Positions 13,350-28,586 of a stretch of DNA of 64,000 bases are shown in pieces. Position 1 is the first letter of the stretch. The number at the start of each line of letters is the position of its first letter. The DNA comes from the human T2T-CHM13v2.0 reference genome, Homo sapiens. The position numbers were made by a program, and so were the translations under genes. Under the pieces are notes generated by a model that saw only the letters and a program-made list of their open reading frames with translations, was not told the DNA's origin and searched no databases. Location of the stretch: assembly GCF_009914755.1 (NCBI RefSeq), contig NC_060927.1. One strand, 5' to 3'.

Positions 13350-14238
13350 CAGTGTTTCTCAGAGTGTGGTTGCAGGGCCGCTTGCCTTAGAATCACCTGA
13401 GTACTTGCTTAAAATGAGGATTCCTAGGCCACGCTTCCACCCAGGTCCGTGTGTTTTAATAAAGTCCCCTTATAAACCACCCAATGGGTTCTTCTTGCCC
13501 ACTGCCCAAATGGGGCCGATTGATCAAGGCAGGGGAATTGCAAGAGAGAGAGTTTTATACACATAGTGCTGACTAAATGGAAGACTGGAGGTTTATTATT
13601 GCTCAAATCAGCCTCCCAGAGAATTTGGGGGCAAGGGTTTTTTCAAAGGTTGGTTGGGGAAAGGTGGGGGTGGCAGGCAATGGGTGCTTGCTGCTGATTT
13701 GTGGGGGTGCAGTCATACGGGTGTGGGTAATGGTCCTCTGGTGCGCTGAGTTGCTTCTGGGTTGGGCCACTCAGGAGCAGTTGGCAGGTCCAGGTGGAGG
13801 CCATCAGTAGTCAGATTTGCAACAAAACTTGAAAAGATACCTCAAAAGGCCAATCTTAGGATCTACCACAGTGATGTTACCTGCAGTAGTAATGGGTAAG
13901 TTGCATATCTTGTGACTTCCGGAATAATGGCTGCCAATTGATTATGTCTACACCTTAGCAGAATTCAGGCTCGTCCATCTGCCTAGCCTGGTAGCCTCTC
14001 ATTAGCTTTACAAAGGGTTGAGTTTTGGGGAAGGGCTGTTATCATTTATACTGTAAACTAAATGTCTCCCAAAGTTAGCTTTGCCTAAGCCCAGAAACAG
14101 TTAAGGGCAGTTTGAAGGTTAACGGGAAGATGAGGGTTAGCCAGATCAGATCCTCCCCACTGCTACAATTTTCTCAATGTTATACATTTTGCAAAAGCAG
14201 TTTTACCCTGGCAATTATGATTTACTCCGAAGTTTGAT
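13350..14238. mobile_element. MER5-type MITE split by LTR8
   Basis: cagtgtttctcagagtgtggt...agaatcacctg before the LTR; aagtttga after it. Confidence 0.65.
13471..14205 (-). mobile_element. LTR8-family ERV1 solo LTR
   Basis: ccacccaatgggttcttcttgccc...ttttgcaaaagcagtttta; perfect 4-bp TSD ccct at 13467-70 and 14206-09. Confidence 0.88.
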
Positions 14239-14540
14239 TTACTCCAGAATCCTCTGGAGCATTGTATCATTTTAAAACCTTCTCCATGTGACTGTCAGGA
14301 GCAGCCAGGGTTGAGAATCACAGCCCTACAGGATTTGAGGCAGAGGTGTCAAGTGTAGAATTCCAGCCATCAAGTAGGATTCCAAGAAGTACAGCAAAGA
14401 AGCTTCTTTTGAGACACGATTCAGAAGGGTCTAGAATGCTTTTTGCTACACTCACTCTGTTGTATTCATCAGTCCATCTTCCCACTTTTGCTAACTTTAG
14501 GGCATTGGTTCTCAAGAAGGATAGGGAGGAAGGTTTCCTC

Positions 14541-15068
14541 CTATGGATCTCATTTGGGGCTGATTTTAGCCCCCAGAAGACATTTGGTAATCTGGAGACA
14601 GTTTTGATTGTTAGAACTAGGGAGTGGGGTGCTACTGATAGCCAATGTGTAGAAGCCAGGGATGCTGTTCAGCATCTTACAAGATACAGGACACCCCCAC
14701 AATGAGGAATTACAGATGACACCCAAAATATCAGTGGTGCCCGGGCACGGTGGCTCATGCCTATAATCCCAGCACTTTGGGAAGCCAAGGCAGGTGGATC
14801 ACTTGAGGTCAGGAGTTTCCGACCAGCCTGGCCAATGTGGTGAAACCTCATCTCTACTAAAGATACAAAAATTAGCCTGGTGTGGTGGCACACGCCGGTA
14901 ATCCCAGCTACTTGGGAGGCTGAGGCAGGAGAATTGCTTGAACCCTGGAGGTAGAGGTTGCAGTGAGCCGAGATCACGCACTGCACTCCAGCCTGGATAA
15001 CAGAGTGAGACTCCGTCTTTAAAAAAAAAAAAAAAAAAAAAAAACAAAAGAAAACAACAACAACAACG

Positions 15069-15116
<48 letters not shown>

Positions 15117-15150
15117 GTATGTCAGTGGTGGTGTTGAGACATCCTCTTCT
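14541..15150 (+). mobile_element. MER20 hAT MITE split by an Alu
   Basis: gacatttggtaatctggagacagttttg...gggatgctg; resumes at gtcagtggtggtgttgaga. Confidence 0.85.
14739..15118 (+). mobile_element. AluS-like with poly(A), (CAA)n, (TA)n and (CA)n tail
   Basis: TSD atatcagtggtg/atgtcagtggtg; (TA)n at ~15070-15107. Confidence 0.95.
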
Positions 15151-15574
15151 AATCTAATCACCATTTTGGAGGGGTGGGGTCATTCTTGAGGTGCCATCCT
15201 TGAGAATCTCTACTATGATAAGCCTCTATTTGGGGTGGGAAGGTATCATATCTTTCAGGTGGTGTTCTGGGGAAAAGAAAAAGCTTGACAGTCATTGTTC
15301 TTGGCAGATATTTGGACTGAAAAAACCTGTTTGGTGGTAGGCTGTGTTTGCTAGGATAAAAATAAAAGGTAAGCAAAGGAAACATAGGTCATGAAATAAG
15401 AAAGCAGCTTTTCTCTTTATTTAGGGTATATACACGACGTTTTTGAGTAAGTCCTGATTCGTCTAATTAGTTGTTTCTTGTTGGGCTTAGGGTGGGCGAA
15501 AGGGTCTCTTTGGAAGGAATGTGTTCATTAGGGGTACGTTGAATATGTACAGATGTCAAAACTATATGAGGCCA

Positions 15575-15835
15575 TGGCCCACCTCACACGTGGTCGGGGC
15601 TGGATGGGAAATGCTGGGATGGAGGGGGAAGGACTCTGGTGCTCAGGGCTGGGTCACAACGTATTCAATGGAGAACATGGAGGGATGGAATGGGACAGAT
15701 GGGGTGGTGGCTTGGCCACCTCACATGTGGTCGGGGCTGGTTGGAAATGCTAGAATAGAGAGGGAAGGACCTTGGTGCTCAGGGCTGGGTCACCACGTAT
15801 TCAATGGACAACATAGAGGAATAGAACAGGACAGA
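15575..15835. repeat. Two-copy tandem duplication, period ~137 bp
   Basis: Copies 15575-15699 and 15713-15835 share ccacctcaca.gtggtcggggctgg and tggtgctcagggctgggtcac.acgtattcaatgga. Confidence 0.9.
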
Positions 15836-16837
15836 GCTTCCTTTGGTCCTTCTTGTCTCTCTGTGGAGAAACGGGGCCAAACCAGCAGTGACAGCTCTGC
15901 TCAGCCTGCCATGTTGCCTTGAACTCTGAGAGCAGGACACGTGAGGAAAAGGCACTGTTGCGGACTAAGGGATGCCCGGCCCAGATGAGCAAGGGAGGGG
16001 GGACCAGGTCAGCTGTACTTGATGTTTCCATTCTACATGGTGGGCTGTATCAAGAAGTCTGGCCCACTGCACAGAAAATTCATTCTAGGGCCACTGTGCT
16101 GGCTGGAATGCAACAGATTTCTGTGGCATCTCATTCTTTGCTTGTCATCATCCATCCCTCTTCCTGTCCCACCCATTGGCTTGTCCAGTGGATCCTGCAA
16201 AGCTCAAATGAGAAACCTTCTTACTGCCTCTCCCATCTCTACCTGGGCTGGGTTAGTGCTCCTCTGTGCGCCAGACACCTTGGAGTTTCCTGTTGGTTCC
16301 TCCCTCTCCCTGATGACACTCGGGGACCAGGTTTTATTGACTTTGTATCTGCAGCACACAAGCACTTAATAATTGTTTGAATGAGAGAGAAATAAAATTG
16401 CTTCAAGAGAGACAGTCTGCTCTTCCTTTGTGTAGTGGGAGTTCCTGATAGGAAAAGAGTTTTTCCTGGAGGATCTCGATGACCAAGCCAATAGCTTATG
16501 TAATTCCTTTCATGCCAGCTGCTCCAGGCTTTCTGAATGCCCTTTTGTAGATGTGGCATATCCTCAGAGATTCTTAAGTATTGTCATTTTTTTTTAAATA
16601 GCCAGCGGAATGCACAGGGAAATTTCATTTGCCTTTAATGAGGTACTGAGAGGTACTGAGGATGTAGAGTTCTCCTCAGCAAAGGGTTTAACCCGAAGTC
16701 CATGGTTACTGTTTGTTACTCACAGATCTAACTTAGGGCAGGGCATTCTCATTTTTTTTGTGCACCACTTATTCCACAGGTCCGCCCAGCTATGGCCTCC
16801 TTTCCAGAACATACTGGTTTTCAGGTGGAGTGGCAAA

Positions 16838-17112
16838 TTTTCTTTTTCCTTCCCTTTCTCTTTCCCTTTCCTGTTCCCTTTCCCTTTCCTTTCCTCTCTC
16901 TCCCCTTCCCCCTTCCCCCCCTTCTCCTTCTCCTTCCCTTCCCTTCCCTTCCCCTTCCTCTTCCCCTTCCCCTTCCCCTTCCCCCTTCCCCCTCCTTCTC
17001 CTTCTCCTTCTCCTTCCCTTCCCTTCCCTTCCCCTTCCCCTTCCTCCCTCCCTCCCTCCCTCCCTCCCTCCCTCCCTTCCTTCCTTCCCTTTCTGTCTGT
17101 CTGTCTTTCTTG
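16838..17112. repeat. Polypyrimidine tract (CCCCTT/CCCTT/CCCT repeats)
   Basis: Seen directly. Confidence 0.97.
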
Positions 17113-17129
17113 ACTTAAAGAAAAATAAC

Positions 17130-17581
17130 TGCCAGCCATGGTGGCTCACGCCTGTTATCTCAGCACTTTGGGAGGCTGAGGAGAGTGGATTGCTCAAGCA
17201 CAGGAGGTTGAGACCAGCCTGGGCAACATGTCAAAACCTCATCTCTACAAAAAAAAAAACAAAAAAAAAACTATATATGTACAAAAATTAGCCCAGCTGA
17301 GTGCAGTGGCTCACGCCTGTAATCCCAGCACTTTGGGAGGCCAAGGCGCGTGGATTACTTGAGGTCAGGAGTTTGAGACCAGCTTGGCCAACATGGTGAA
17401 ACCCCGTCTTTACTAAAATTAGAGAATTTAGCTGGGCATGGTGGCACGCACCTGTAATCCTAGCTACTTGGGAGGCTGAGGCAGGAGAATGGCTTGAACC
17501 CAGGAGGCAGAGGTTGCAGTGAGCCGAGATCACGCCACTGTACGCCAGCCTGGGTGACAGAGCGAGACTCTCTCTCAAAAA

Positions 17582-17612
<31 letters not shown>

Positions 17613-17770
17613 ATTAGCAGGTGTCGTGGCATGTGCGTGTAGTTCCAGGTACTCGGGAGGCTGAGGTGAGAGAGTCACCTGTTCAGAGGGAGGCCGCGGC
17701 TGCAGTGAGCTGAGATCATGCCACTGCACTCCAGCTTGGGTGCCAGCGAGACCTTCTCTCAAAAAATAAA
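17130..17770 (+). mobile_element. AluJ-like host with an AluS (17295-17610, TAAA-repeat tail) nested at the start of its right arm
   Basis: Left arm, then a full Alu, then right arm; aaattagc duplicated on both sides of the insert. Confidence 0.9.
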
Positions 17771-17934
17771 CGAAAATAAACTTGCTTTGAATTCAATGAA
17801 TACTTGCTTGGTTTTTATGAAAATTTTACACTTGAAAATAAATTTCATAGATGATTTTTAAAACTTCCTATTGTAAAAATAATTTAAGCCTATTTATGAA
17901 TCAAGAGAATAAAAGTACAATGACTCTCCATGCA

Positions 17935-18467
17935 CAGTGGCTTTCCATGTCTGAAGGTTCCAATCCACAGATTCAACCAACCTCAGGTCAAAAATACTCA
18001 GAAACCACCTCCCCCAAATAGTAATACAACAATTAAAAATAATACAAATAAAATTATAGCATAACAAGTGTATCAGGCCCTTTTTTTTTTTTTTTTTTTT
18101 TGAGATGGAGTCTCACTCTGTCACCCAGGCTGGAGTGCAGTCCATGTCGGCTCACTGCAAGCTCTGTCTCTTGTGTTCAAGCAATTCTCCTGCCTCAGCC
18201 TCCCGAGTAGCTGGGATTACAGGCGCCCACCACCACGCCTGGCTAATTTTTATACATTTAGTAGAGACAGCGTTTCACCATGTTGGCCAGGCTGGTCTCG
18301 AGCTCCTGACCTCAGGTGATCCGCCTGCCTCGGCCTCCCAAAGTGCTAGGATTACAGGCGTGAGCTGCCGCACCTGGCCACTATATCAGGCACTTTTGAG
18401 CATCTGTGGATTATGGAATCCAAGGGGTGTCCTGGGCCCAATCCCCCATGGATACCAAAGGACAATG
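17935..18467 (-). mobile_element. MER2 (Tc/mariner Tigger-type MITE), internally deleted and split by an Alu
   Basis: atccacagattcaaccaac...ttgagcatctgtggatt...aatcccccatggatacc. Confidence 0.8.
18081..18379 (-). mobile_element. AluS-like
   Basis: TSD tatcaggc. Confidence 0.95.
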
Positions 18468-18600
18468 GCAGTACCTCAACACCCACCTTTAACAATGACC
18501 AACTCATGGCTAATCTTGTTTTTTTCTATATCCCCCCACTTCTGTCCCCCTGATCATTTTGAAGTACATGTCAGACATCATCTCATTTCATTAGAGATTA

Positions 18601-19467
<867 letters not shown>

Positions 19468-20105
19468 GAAGAGGGAATTGGGGGGAACTTCCCTCTGTTG
19501 CTGCTCCTCTAGGCACTTGTCCTTGGGCCAGGGAATGCTCATTGCCTGAGTTTCCTGTGGGTGACGCAAATACCAAGGCCATAAGGGGAGTCGGTGATGT
19601 CATCTCTCTCTCTTCTGCCTTTCTCTCTTCCTTATAGACCAGCAGCCTCCAACCTCCAAACCCTGACAAAACAAAGCATGTTTTTCCAGCAGTGCAAATT
19701 GGACATTGTTATCTTTTTACATGAAGGGAAAATTTGTTTTCCATTATCAGCAGGATCATCCTTCTTTTCATGGGGACATGAAAAGCATTTTATTTTTATT
19801 TTTTATTGAGGTATTTCATATATGCATGTGTATACAGATATATAGGCATATATGCACACGCCTTAAATGTATAGCTGGATGGAATTTTGCATATGTGCAT
19901 TTCCACATGGCCCACACTCAGATTGAGATAGATAACATTTCCAGTCCCCAAGAAGGTGCTTCTTTCCAGAAAATACCACCTCCACCTCTACCCCTGACAG
20001 AGATAACCACTGTTTTAATGCTGTCACTCTAGTTGCGCCTGTTTTTGAACTTCATGTAAGTGGATTCATTCAGTATAAATGGACTCTTTGATTTGGCATC
20101 TTTCA

Positions 20106-20343
<238 letters not shown>

Positions 20344-20414
20344 TCATTGCAGTGTGGTCTTCCAGCGTTGCAGTGTAACGTGGCTGTGTCACCTGTTTAT
20401 CCCTTCTATCATAC

Positions 20415-20640
20415 CATAGCAGCTAGTATTTATTGAATGTTTACTCTGTGCCAGGATCTGTTTGAAGGACTTTAAGCAAAGTAGTTTAATTTTTAAAGTT
20501 AATTTCTGAGTTAGCTATGTGGTTATTACCTCTTTATAGTCAGGAAACTAAAACTTATAGAGATTAGATAATTTTCCCCCAAATCATACAGCTCACATGT
20601 GATAGAGCTGGAGTTTCAACCCAGTCCGTCAGGTTCTAGA
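20415..20640 (-). mobile_element. MIR
   Basis: tttattgaatgtttactctgtgccagg...aggaaactaaaact. Confidence 0.6.
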
Positions 20641-21279
20641 TTGATGAACACTTTAGTGCTTCCAGGTCTAGATTTTCTGCTAGACGCATGACATGCAACT
20701 TGAGCTTTTACAACAGGCATGCAGTTTCTGGGTGATGATCTCTTTTCTGGAGGAAGACATGCAGACACAGAGAGCTTTCAGCACATAGACAAGGCTGCTC
20801 ACCCAGGGAGGGGAGGAAACAGGGTTGTTGGAAACCTGGAAACCTGGGTTTCTGGATTCCCTTTCTCTTATTTTTTTCAGCGTTTTCTTGGGTGATGGTG
20901 AAAGCCTTTGTGTATTTTCATTCCCAGCAGAGCACAATGCCTTATCACTCTATGGTTCAGCTAGGACTCTTGTTTGCAAACAACAGAAACTGACTAACAT
21001 AAGCCCAAAAGGAAACTGTTCAAGAATATTGTATAGCTCACAGAATCAATAAGGAGGCTTGGAATGGGGCCCAGGCACTATGGGAGGCATGGCTGCGGAG
21101 CCAGGTCCATGTGTGGGAACCTTTGGAAGGGTGCTGCCTCTGTCACAGTGACCCCTGTCCCGTACTGACACTTCTCCACATTGCTCCTGGACCTCTGACC
21201 CAGTTATCACAGTCTTTAATAAGCCCTGAGTCTTCTGCAGCCTTCTCTCCAGGTGCAGAAGTCAGGGCAGAGCATCTGA

Positions 21280-21695
<416 letters not shown>

Positions 21696-23228
21696 CAACT
21701 GACTTCTTATCACCTTTCCCTGTGTTTAAGCTGATCCACATACAGTAATCATTGTAAGTAGCTAAATAAAAGTTTAATTGCTTGAACTAGATCAGGTCAA
21801 AAAGGAAGTTTCTCCTCATGTTTCCAGTTGATTAATGTGTTGGTGAGTGGTGGACCTGCAAGCAGGAGAGGTGGTTAAAGGCAGAGGGCAGCAGCCTGGG
21901 GTGTTGTCAGCTCGAGTTTTCTATTTAGAGAAAGCATCTGGTTGTCTGAAGTGGGGAAAAAATTAGCTCATCTTTTGTCTTCTAATAACACGGTCTATGT
22001 TTTTTGCAGATGGGTAATGGGAGGGTTTTTGGCATTTCCAATTGGAAAATGTCACTTAACTTCAAAAGGCTACCGTCATGGCTGGAGAAATGTGATTAGC
22101 ATGCAGCAGACACAACAGTGTTTCACTGGTTTCCTCTTGTACTGAACTGGAGTTAATTGCTTGTTTATGGAAGGCTTGCTGGAGATTTTCCTTGTGTTAA
22201 CTGCAATTTTAGATTATTCTTCTACCTTGACTATCCATTCATTTATTAATTGATCCTGTGTTTACTGAATATATCAGGAATAGAATGATTAATAGAGCAA
22301 ATAAGCCCTGACCTCATGAGGCTTACAGTCTAATAAGTTTGAATTGGGTTAGTTCTTAAAATATGGATTATTTTATATTCCCCTCTCATTACTACTTTTA
22401 AATCTTAACCCCCTTGGTGGGGAATTAATACTCCCTCTTCCCTGTGTTAATCATTTTGTCTTTTCCTTCTGAAATTTTTATTCTCTTTCCTCTTATCCTT
22501 TTCAAAAAAAGGAAAAGATATGAATGCTGAACACTTCCCATTTTCATATTCACTGCTTGTGTATATCACCTATTGATTTCATCTCATATAAAATTGCATT
22601 TATATATGCTGGCTGAATGAAGAATTTTTAAAACAATGGTAGCTCGTGGATTGTCTTTTTGGTCAATGAGATGGTTTTGAAGAGTTCAGATTCTGAAAGA
22701 GAAGGGACTATGTTTAATTGCTGCAACTCCAGCCAGAGTGTTGCCTGGGGTGTGGGGTAATAAGAAAGAATGAAATAGATTATTTATTGACCTCAAGGAC
22801 AGGGTGTAGCAGAGATGGGCTGGATGCACGGGAAACTCCTATCTTCTTCCTGGGCACAGCTAAACTTCATTTCTTAGCTTGTCTGCATCATGGTGGGGTC
22901 TTGTGATTTCATTATCACTGAAGACATGTGAGTGCGAGTGTTGCGTTGCCTCCAGGCCAAAGCAGTGAAGAGTCGGTGTGCCTTCTCATCACTCTCTTCC
23001 CTACAGCGTCCTTCTGCTTGTGGACGTAGTGAGATCAGAGAACCTATGTGAGAATTTCTTTGGAATGTGTGCCCTATAGCAGAATGGCTGGATTACATGT
23101 TATAGGTTATACATATGTACTTACTTTGACTTATACCAGTTGCCACTCACAGTAGTGGCCCCAGTGTGTGCATTCATCAGCAGTGTAGGAAGATTTCTCT
23201 GTCCCCATTGATACTTGGCATTTTCCAG

Positions 23229-23629
23229 TGTCTTAGTCTATTTGTGCTGGTATAACAGGATACCACAGACTGGATAATTTATAATGAGCAGAAACTTGTT
23301 GGCTCACAGTTCTGGAGGCTGGGAAGTCCAATGTCAAGGTGCCAGCAGGTTTTGGTGTCTGGTGATGGCCTGGTCTCTGCTCTCAAGATGGTATTTCAAA
23401 TACTGCATCCTGTGGAGGGGAGGATGGCTGTTCTTCATAGGGCAGAAGGACAAAAGAGCCAAGAGAGAGACCTGCCCAATCCCAAAAGCTCTTGTGTTGA
23501 GGCATTAAGCCCACTCATGATAGTGAAGCCCTCTAATCACCTCTTCAAGGCTCCACATCCCAATACCATTACATTGACAATTAAATGTCAGCATGAGTTT
23601 TGGAGGAGACAAACATTCAAATCATAAGA
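23229..23629 (+). mobile_element. MST/MLT1A-type MaLR solo LTR
   Basis: TGTCTTAGTC start; ctcacagttctggaggctgggaagtcc; 5-bp TSD tccag. Confidence 0.88.
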
Positions 23630-23719
23630 TCCAGATTTTGTTGTTTCTTGTCAGTCTGTAGTTGTGAAAAACTGAACACCAATTGAGTACCAAAAGGTGG
23701 TTAAAAAAATTGAAATATT

Positions 23720-24022
23720 GGCTGGGCTTGGTGGCACATGCCTATAATCCCAGCACTTTGGGAGGCCAAGGTGGATAAATCGCTTGAGCACAGGCATTTA
23801 AGACCAGCCTGGGCAACATGGCGAAACCTTATTTCTATTAAAAAATGCAAAAAAAAAAAGGCTTACAGGCTTACACCTGTAGTCCCAACTCCCTGAGAGG
23901 TTGAGGTGGGAGGATCACCTGAGTCTTGGAGGTTGAGGCTGCAGTGAGCAATGATGGTGCCACTGAACTCCAGCCTGGGCAACAAAGTGAGACCGTGCGT
24001 ATCTCAAAAAAAAAAAAAAAAA
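23720..24022 (+). mobile_element. AluJ-like
   Basis: Alu body and poly(A). Confidence 0.93.
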
Positions 24023-24059
24023 GTTTTATTTGATATATGCACATCCTTTAAAAAGTCAA

Positions 24060-24250
24060 ATATAGGGTGTTGAGGAGGTGGGGGGTAATTAACTGCTTAA
24101 TAGGTACAGAGTTTCCTTTTGGGGATGATGAAATGTTTTGGAACTAGATAAAGACGATGGTTTTACAACATTGTGACTGTAGTAAATGCCACTGAATTGG
24201 TCACTTTAAAATGGTTAATTTTATATTATGTGAATTTCACCACAAAAAAG
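24060..24250 (+). mobile_element. L1MB-like 3' terminus
   Basis: gtaaatgccactgaattggtcactttaaaatggttaattttat. Confidence 0.8.
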
Positions 24251-25434
24251 TCAAATACTGATAAACATAACAGTATGACACCTCACGCCTTCTCACTTTC
24301 CAGAGGCAACAATTTCAAATATTTTAACATTTTCTTCTGATATTTACCACTGTGTTTCTAGATGATGTGTGTCTCTTGATGTCTGTAGATGAATGTATTT
24401 TAAATAACATTTGTCAACTTACTGTTATTGTTAGCTTTGTGACACTTCTCTGTTCCTCCTCCATCCTCCCACTAGAGTTATGTCCCAGTTTTCTGGCTAA
24501 ACTAATATTCAGTCTTAATATTTTTATGACTATGTAAATATTGTTCGCTAATGAGCCAAAGACATATTGGAATTTTCATATGCAACCTTCCCCTAGAGTT
24601 AGTGATTGTCTTATTTTTCTTTATTTGCATAGCTCTTTTGTAGCGTTTACCGAGTCTTCCCTCTCTCCAATTCCTCAGCATGTTTTCCATGTGCCGGATC
24701 CATCGGATGATCTGACCCTCCTGTTCCTCACCACCGTCCTCTATCCCTGGAGCACTTTGCCTCTGCTCCAGGTTGTAGCAGTGACATGCCCTACATGGTG
24801 TCACTGTGGGACTTTCTTTCTCACATCTGTCTGTGGGATGGATGACTAGCATTAAGCATATTAAGCATACTGTCTCGACTATAGAACAAGGGTTGGCATT
24901 TGAGCTGGGCCAGGGCAACCTCTTTGATAAACAACCACACAACTATTTAAAAACTGTTCTCTCCATTTTTTGGTGGAGTACAACCTCCAGCAGCTTCCTG
25001 ATTTTAGACTTGACTTTATTGTACTTTCATACCTTGTTGTTATTTCGATACAGTTCAGAATTCTAGATTGAGAATTCTTTTTAGTCAGTGTTTTTAAGAT
25101 ACTGCTGTGTTATATTTGAGCTTCCAGGGTTGCTGTGAGATGTCTGATGTTATTCTTATTCCTCTTCTTTTCTTTGAGCCTTCTTTTTTCTTGCTGGAAG
25201 CCTTAAGGATCTTCTCCTTGTCCCATTAGTCTGAAATTTTGCAATGACATGTATGGGTCTGTATTTTCTTATGCTGGGGAATTACTGGGTTCTTTCAACC
25301 TGGGGAGTCATCTCCAGTTCTAGGATATTATCTTGTATATTTCTTTGATTGTTTCCATACCTTCAGTTTCTTTTCCTGAATTTCCTCTTGTATTGGACCT
25401 ATGGATTGTTCTGTAAGTTACTTTCCTTTCTTAT

Positions 25435-25765
25435 TCTTTCTTTTGCCCCCTTTCCTTCCTTTCCTTTCCTCCTTTCTTCTTTCCTTACCTACCTCTCTCC
25501 TCACTCCTCCCTCTCTCCTTTCCTCTCCTTCTGCCCCTTCTCCAACTTCCATCCCCTTCTGCCGCCCTTTCCCCCTTCCCCTGCCCTTTCCCCTTCCCCC
25601 TTCCCCTGCCCTCCCCTGCTCTCCTCTGCTCTCCCCTGCTCTCCTCTGCTCTCCCCTGCTCTCCTCTGCCCTCCCCTGCTCTCCTCTGCCCTCCCCTCCC
25701 CTCCTCTCCCCTCTCCCCTCTCCTTCTCTCTTTTCTCTTTTTCCTCTTCCCCTTCCATTTCTCTT
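25435..25765. repeat. Pyrimidine-rich tract with ctcccctgct/ctcctctgct decamer units
   Basis: Seen directly; embedded in an old L1-like antisense sequence. Confidence 0.95.
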
Positions 25766-26859
25766 TGTTTTTTGTTTCTACTTTCTGTAGTACATTAAAA
25801 CATTTTTTGTCATTGCATTTTAAATTTCTCAGAGTTTTTATTTGGTTGCATTTTAAAGTTATGTGCTTTTTCACTTTTGGTTATTATTTCCAGTCTTTGA
25901 GGATGTTATAGTTGACTTTTTTCCTATTTGAAAAGGTAAAAACCACTCTGAGTTTGTGAGTCATACAAAAATGGTCTGCAGTGGACCCAGTTTGGGTCTT
26001 GAGCTATAGTTAGAAGACGATGTTCCAGACACCTGCTGGAGAGAAGCCTGGCTGGGGTGGAGCCTGTGCATTTCACCATCCCAGGTGTGGATTTTTACTT
26101 AGTCACTTTACTTCTATTTCTCCTCCTCAGTTTTACATGCCTTCGTTGTACATGGTACACGCAGCTGCAGAGCCTCAATGGTCCATTTTCTCCCAAGATT
26201 TAGTCTCCTGCAGGGTTTGAGAAGGAACAGATGTCTGGACTATATGGGGTGGGTGGACACAGGGGTCTGACTGCTCTTCCTGTGTGTTTTCATCCAATCC
26301 TCCGTTACTGGTCCTCATCCCACTCCTGTCACCCTTGATGCCTGGAGCCCCCAGTTACTAAGCCTTTCCAGGGTTCTGCAGTGCTAATTGCGTGTTTTTT
26401 CATGGTACCCTGTGCAGAAACAGAGGCCTCACTTTACTTCATCTGTCAAGCTCCATCCCTCCATCCTCTTTCCATCTTTATTTATTGCAACTTGGGAAGA
26501 TTGATTTGGGTTTTGTAGAAGATGGAGTTGGGTTTTTTCTTCTAATTTTCTTTGTGGGTTTTTTTTTTTTTTTTGGTGGTAGTGAACAGTAAAGAGAGTA
26601 GAAAGGGCCTTTTTCTGCTCTGTGAAGCTTTGAATCAAGTTCAAGCTTTTGTCAGCCTGAATTAAATTATTTTTTGAATTTGAATCAGGAGATTGGGATC
26701 TCCCTCACTCCAGATGTATAGCTACAGTGGATTTGTGATACTGACTTCCTCAACTTTCCTCCTCTCCAACTCCCCATCCTTCCTCTTTTTCTGCCACCCC
26801 CCACCCTCTGACACCTTTAAATAACTGACTGTTCTATATTTTCAACTTACTAGTTGATG

Positions 26860-28586
<1,727 letters not shown>

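Noticed and set aside
16610-17291. Overlapping Pro/Ser/Phe- and Gly/Glu/Arg-rich ORFs, likewise at 25349-25874
   Set aside because: Translations of low-complexity pyrimidine tracts that lack stop codons
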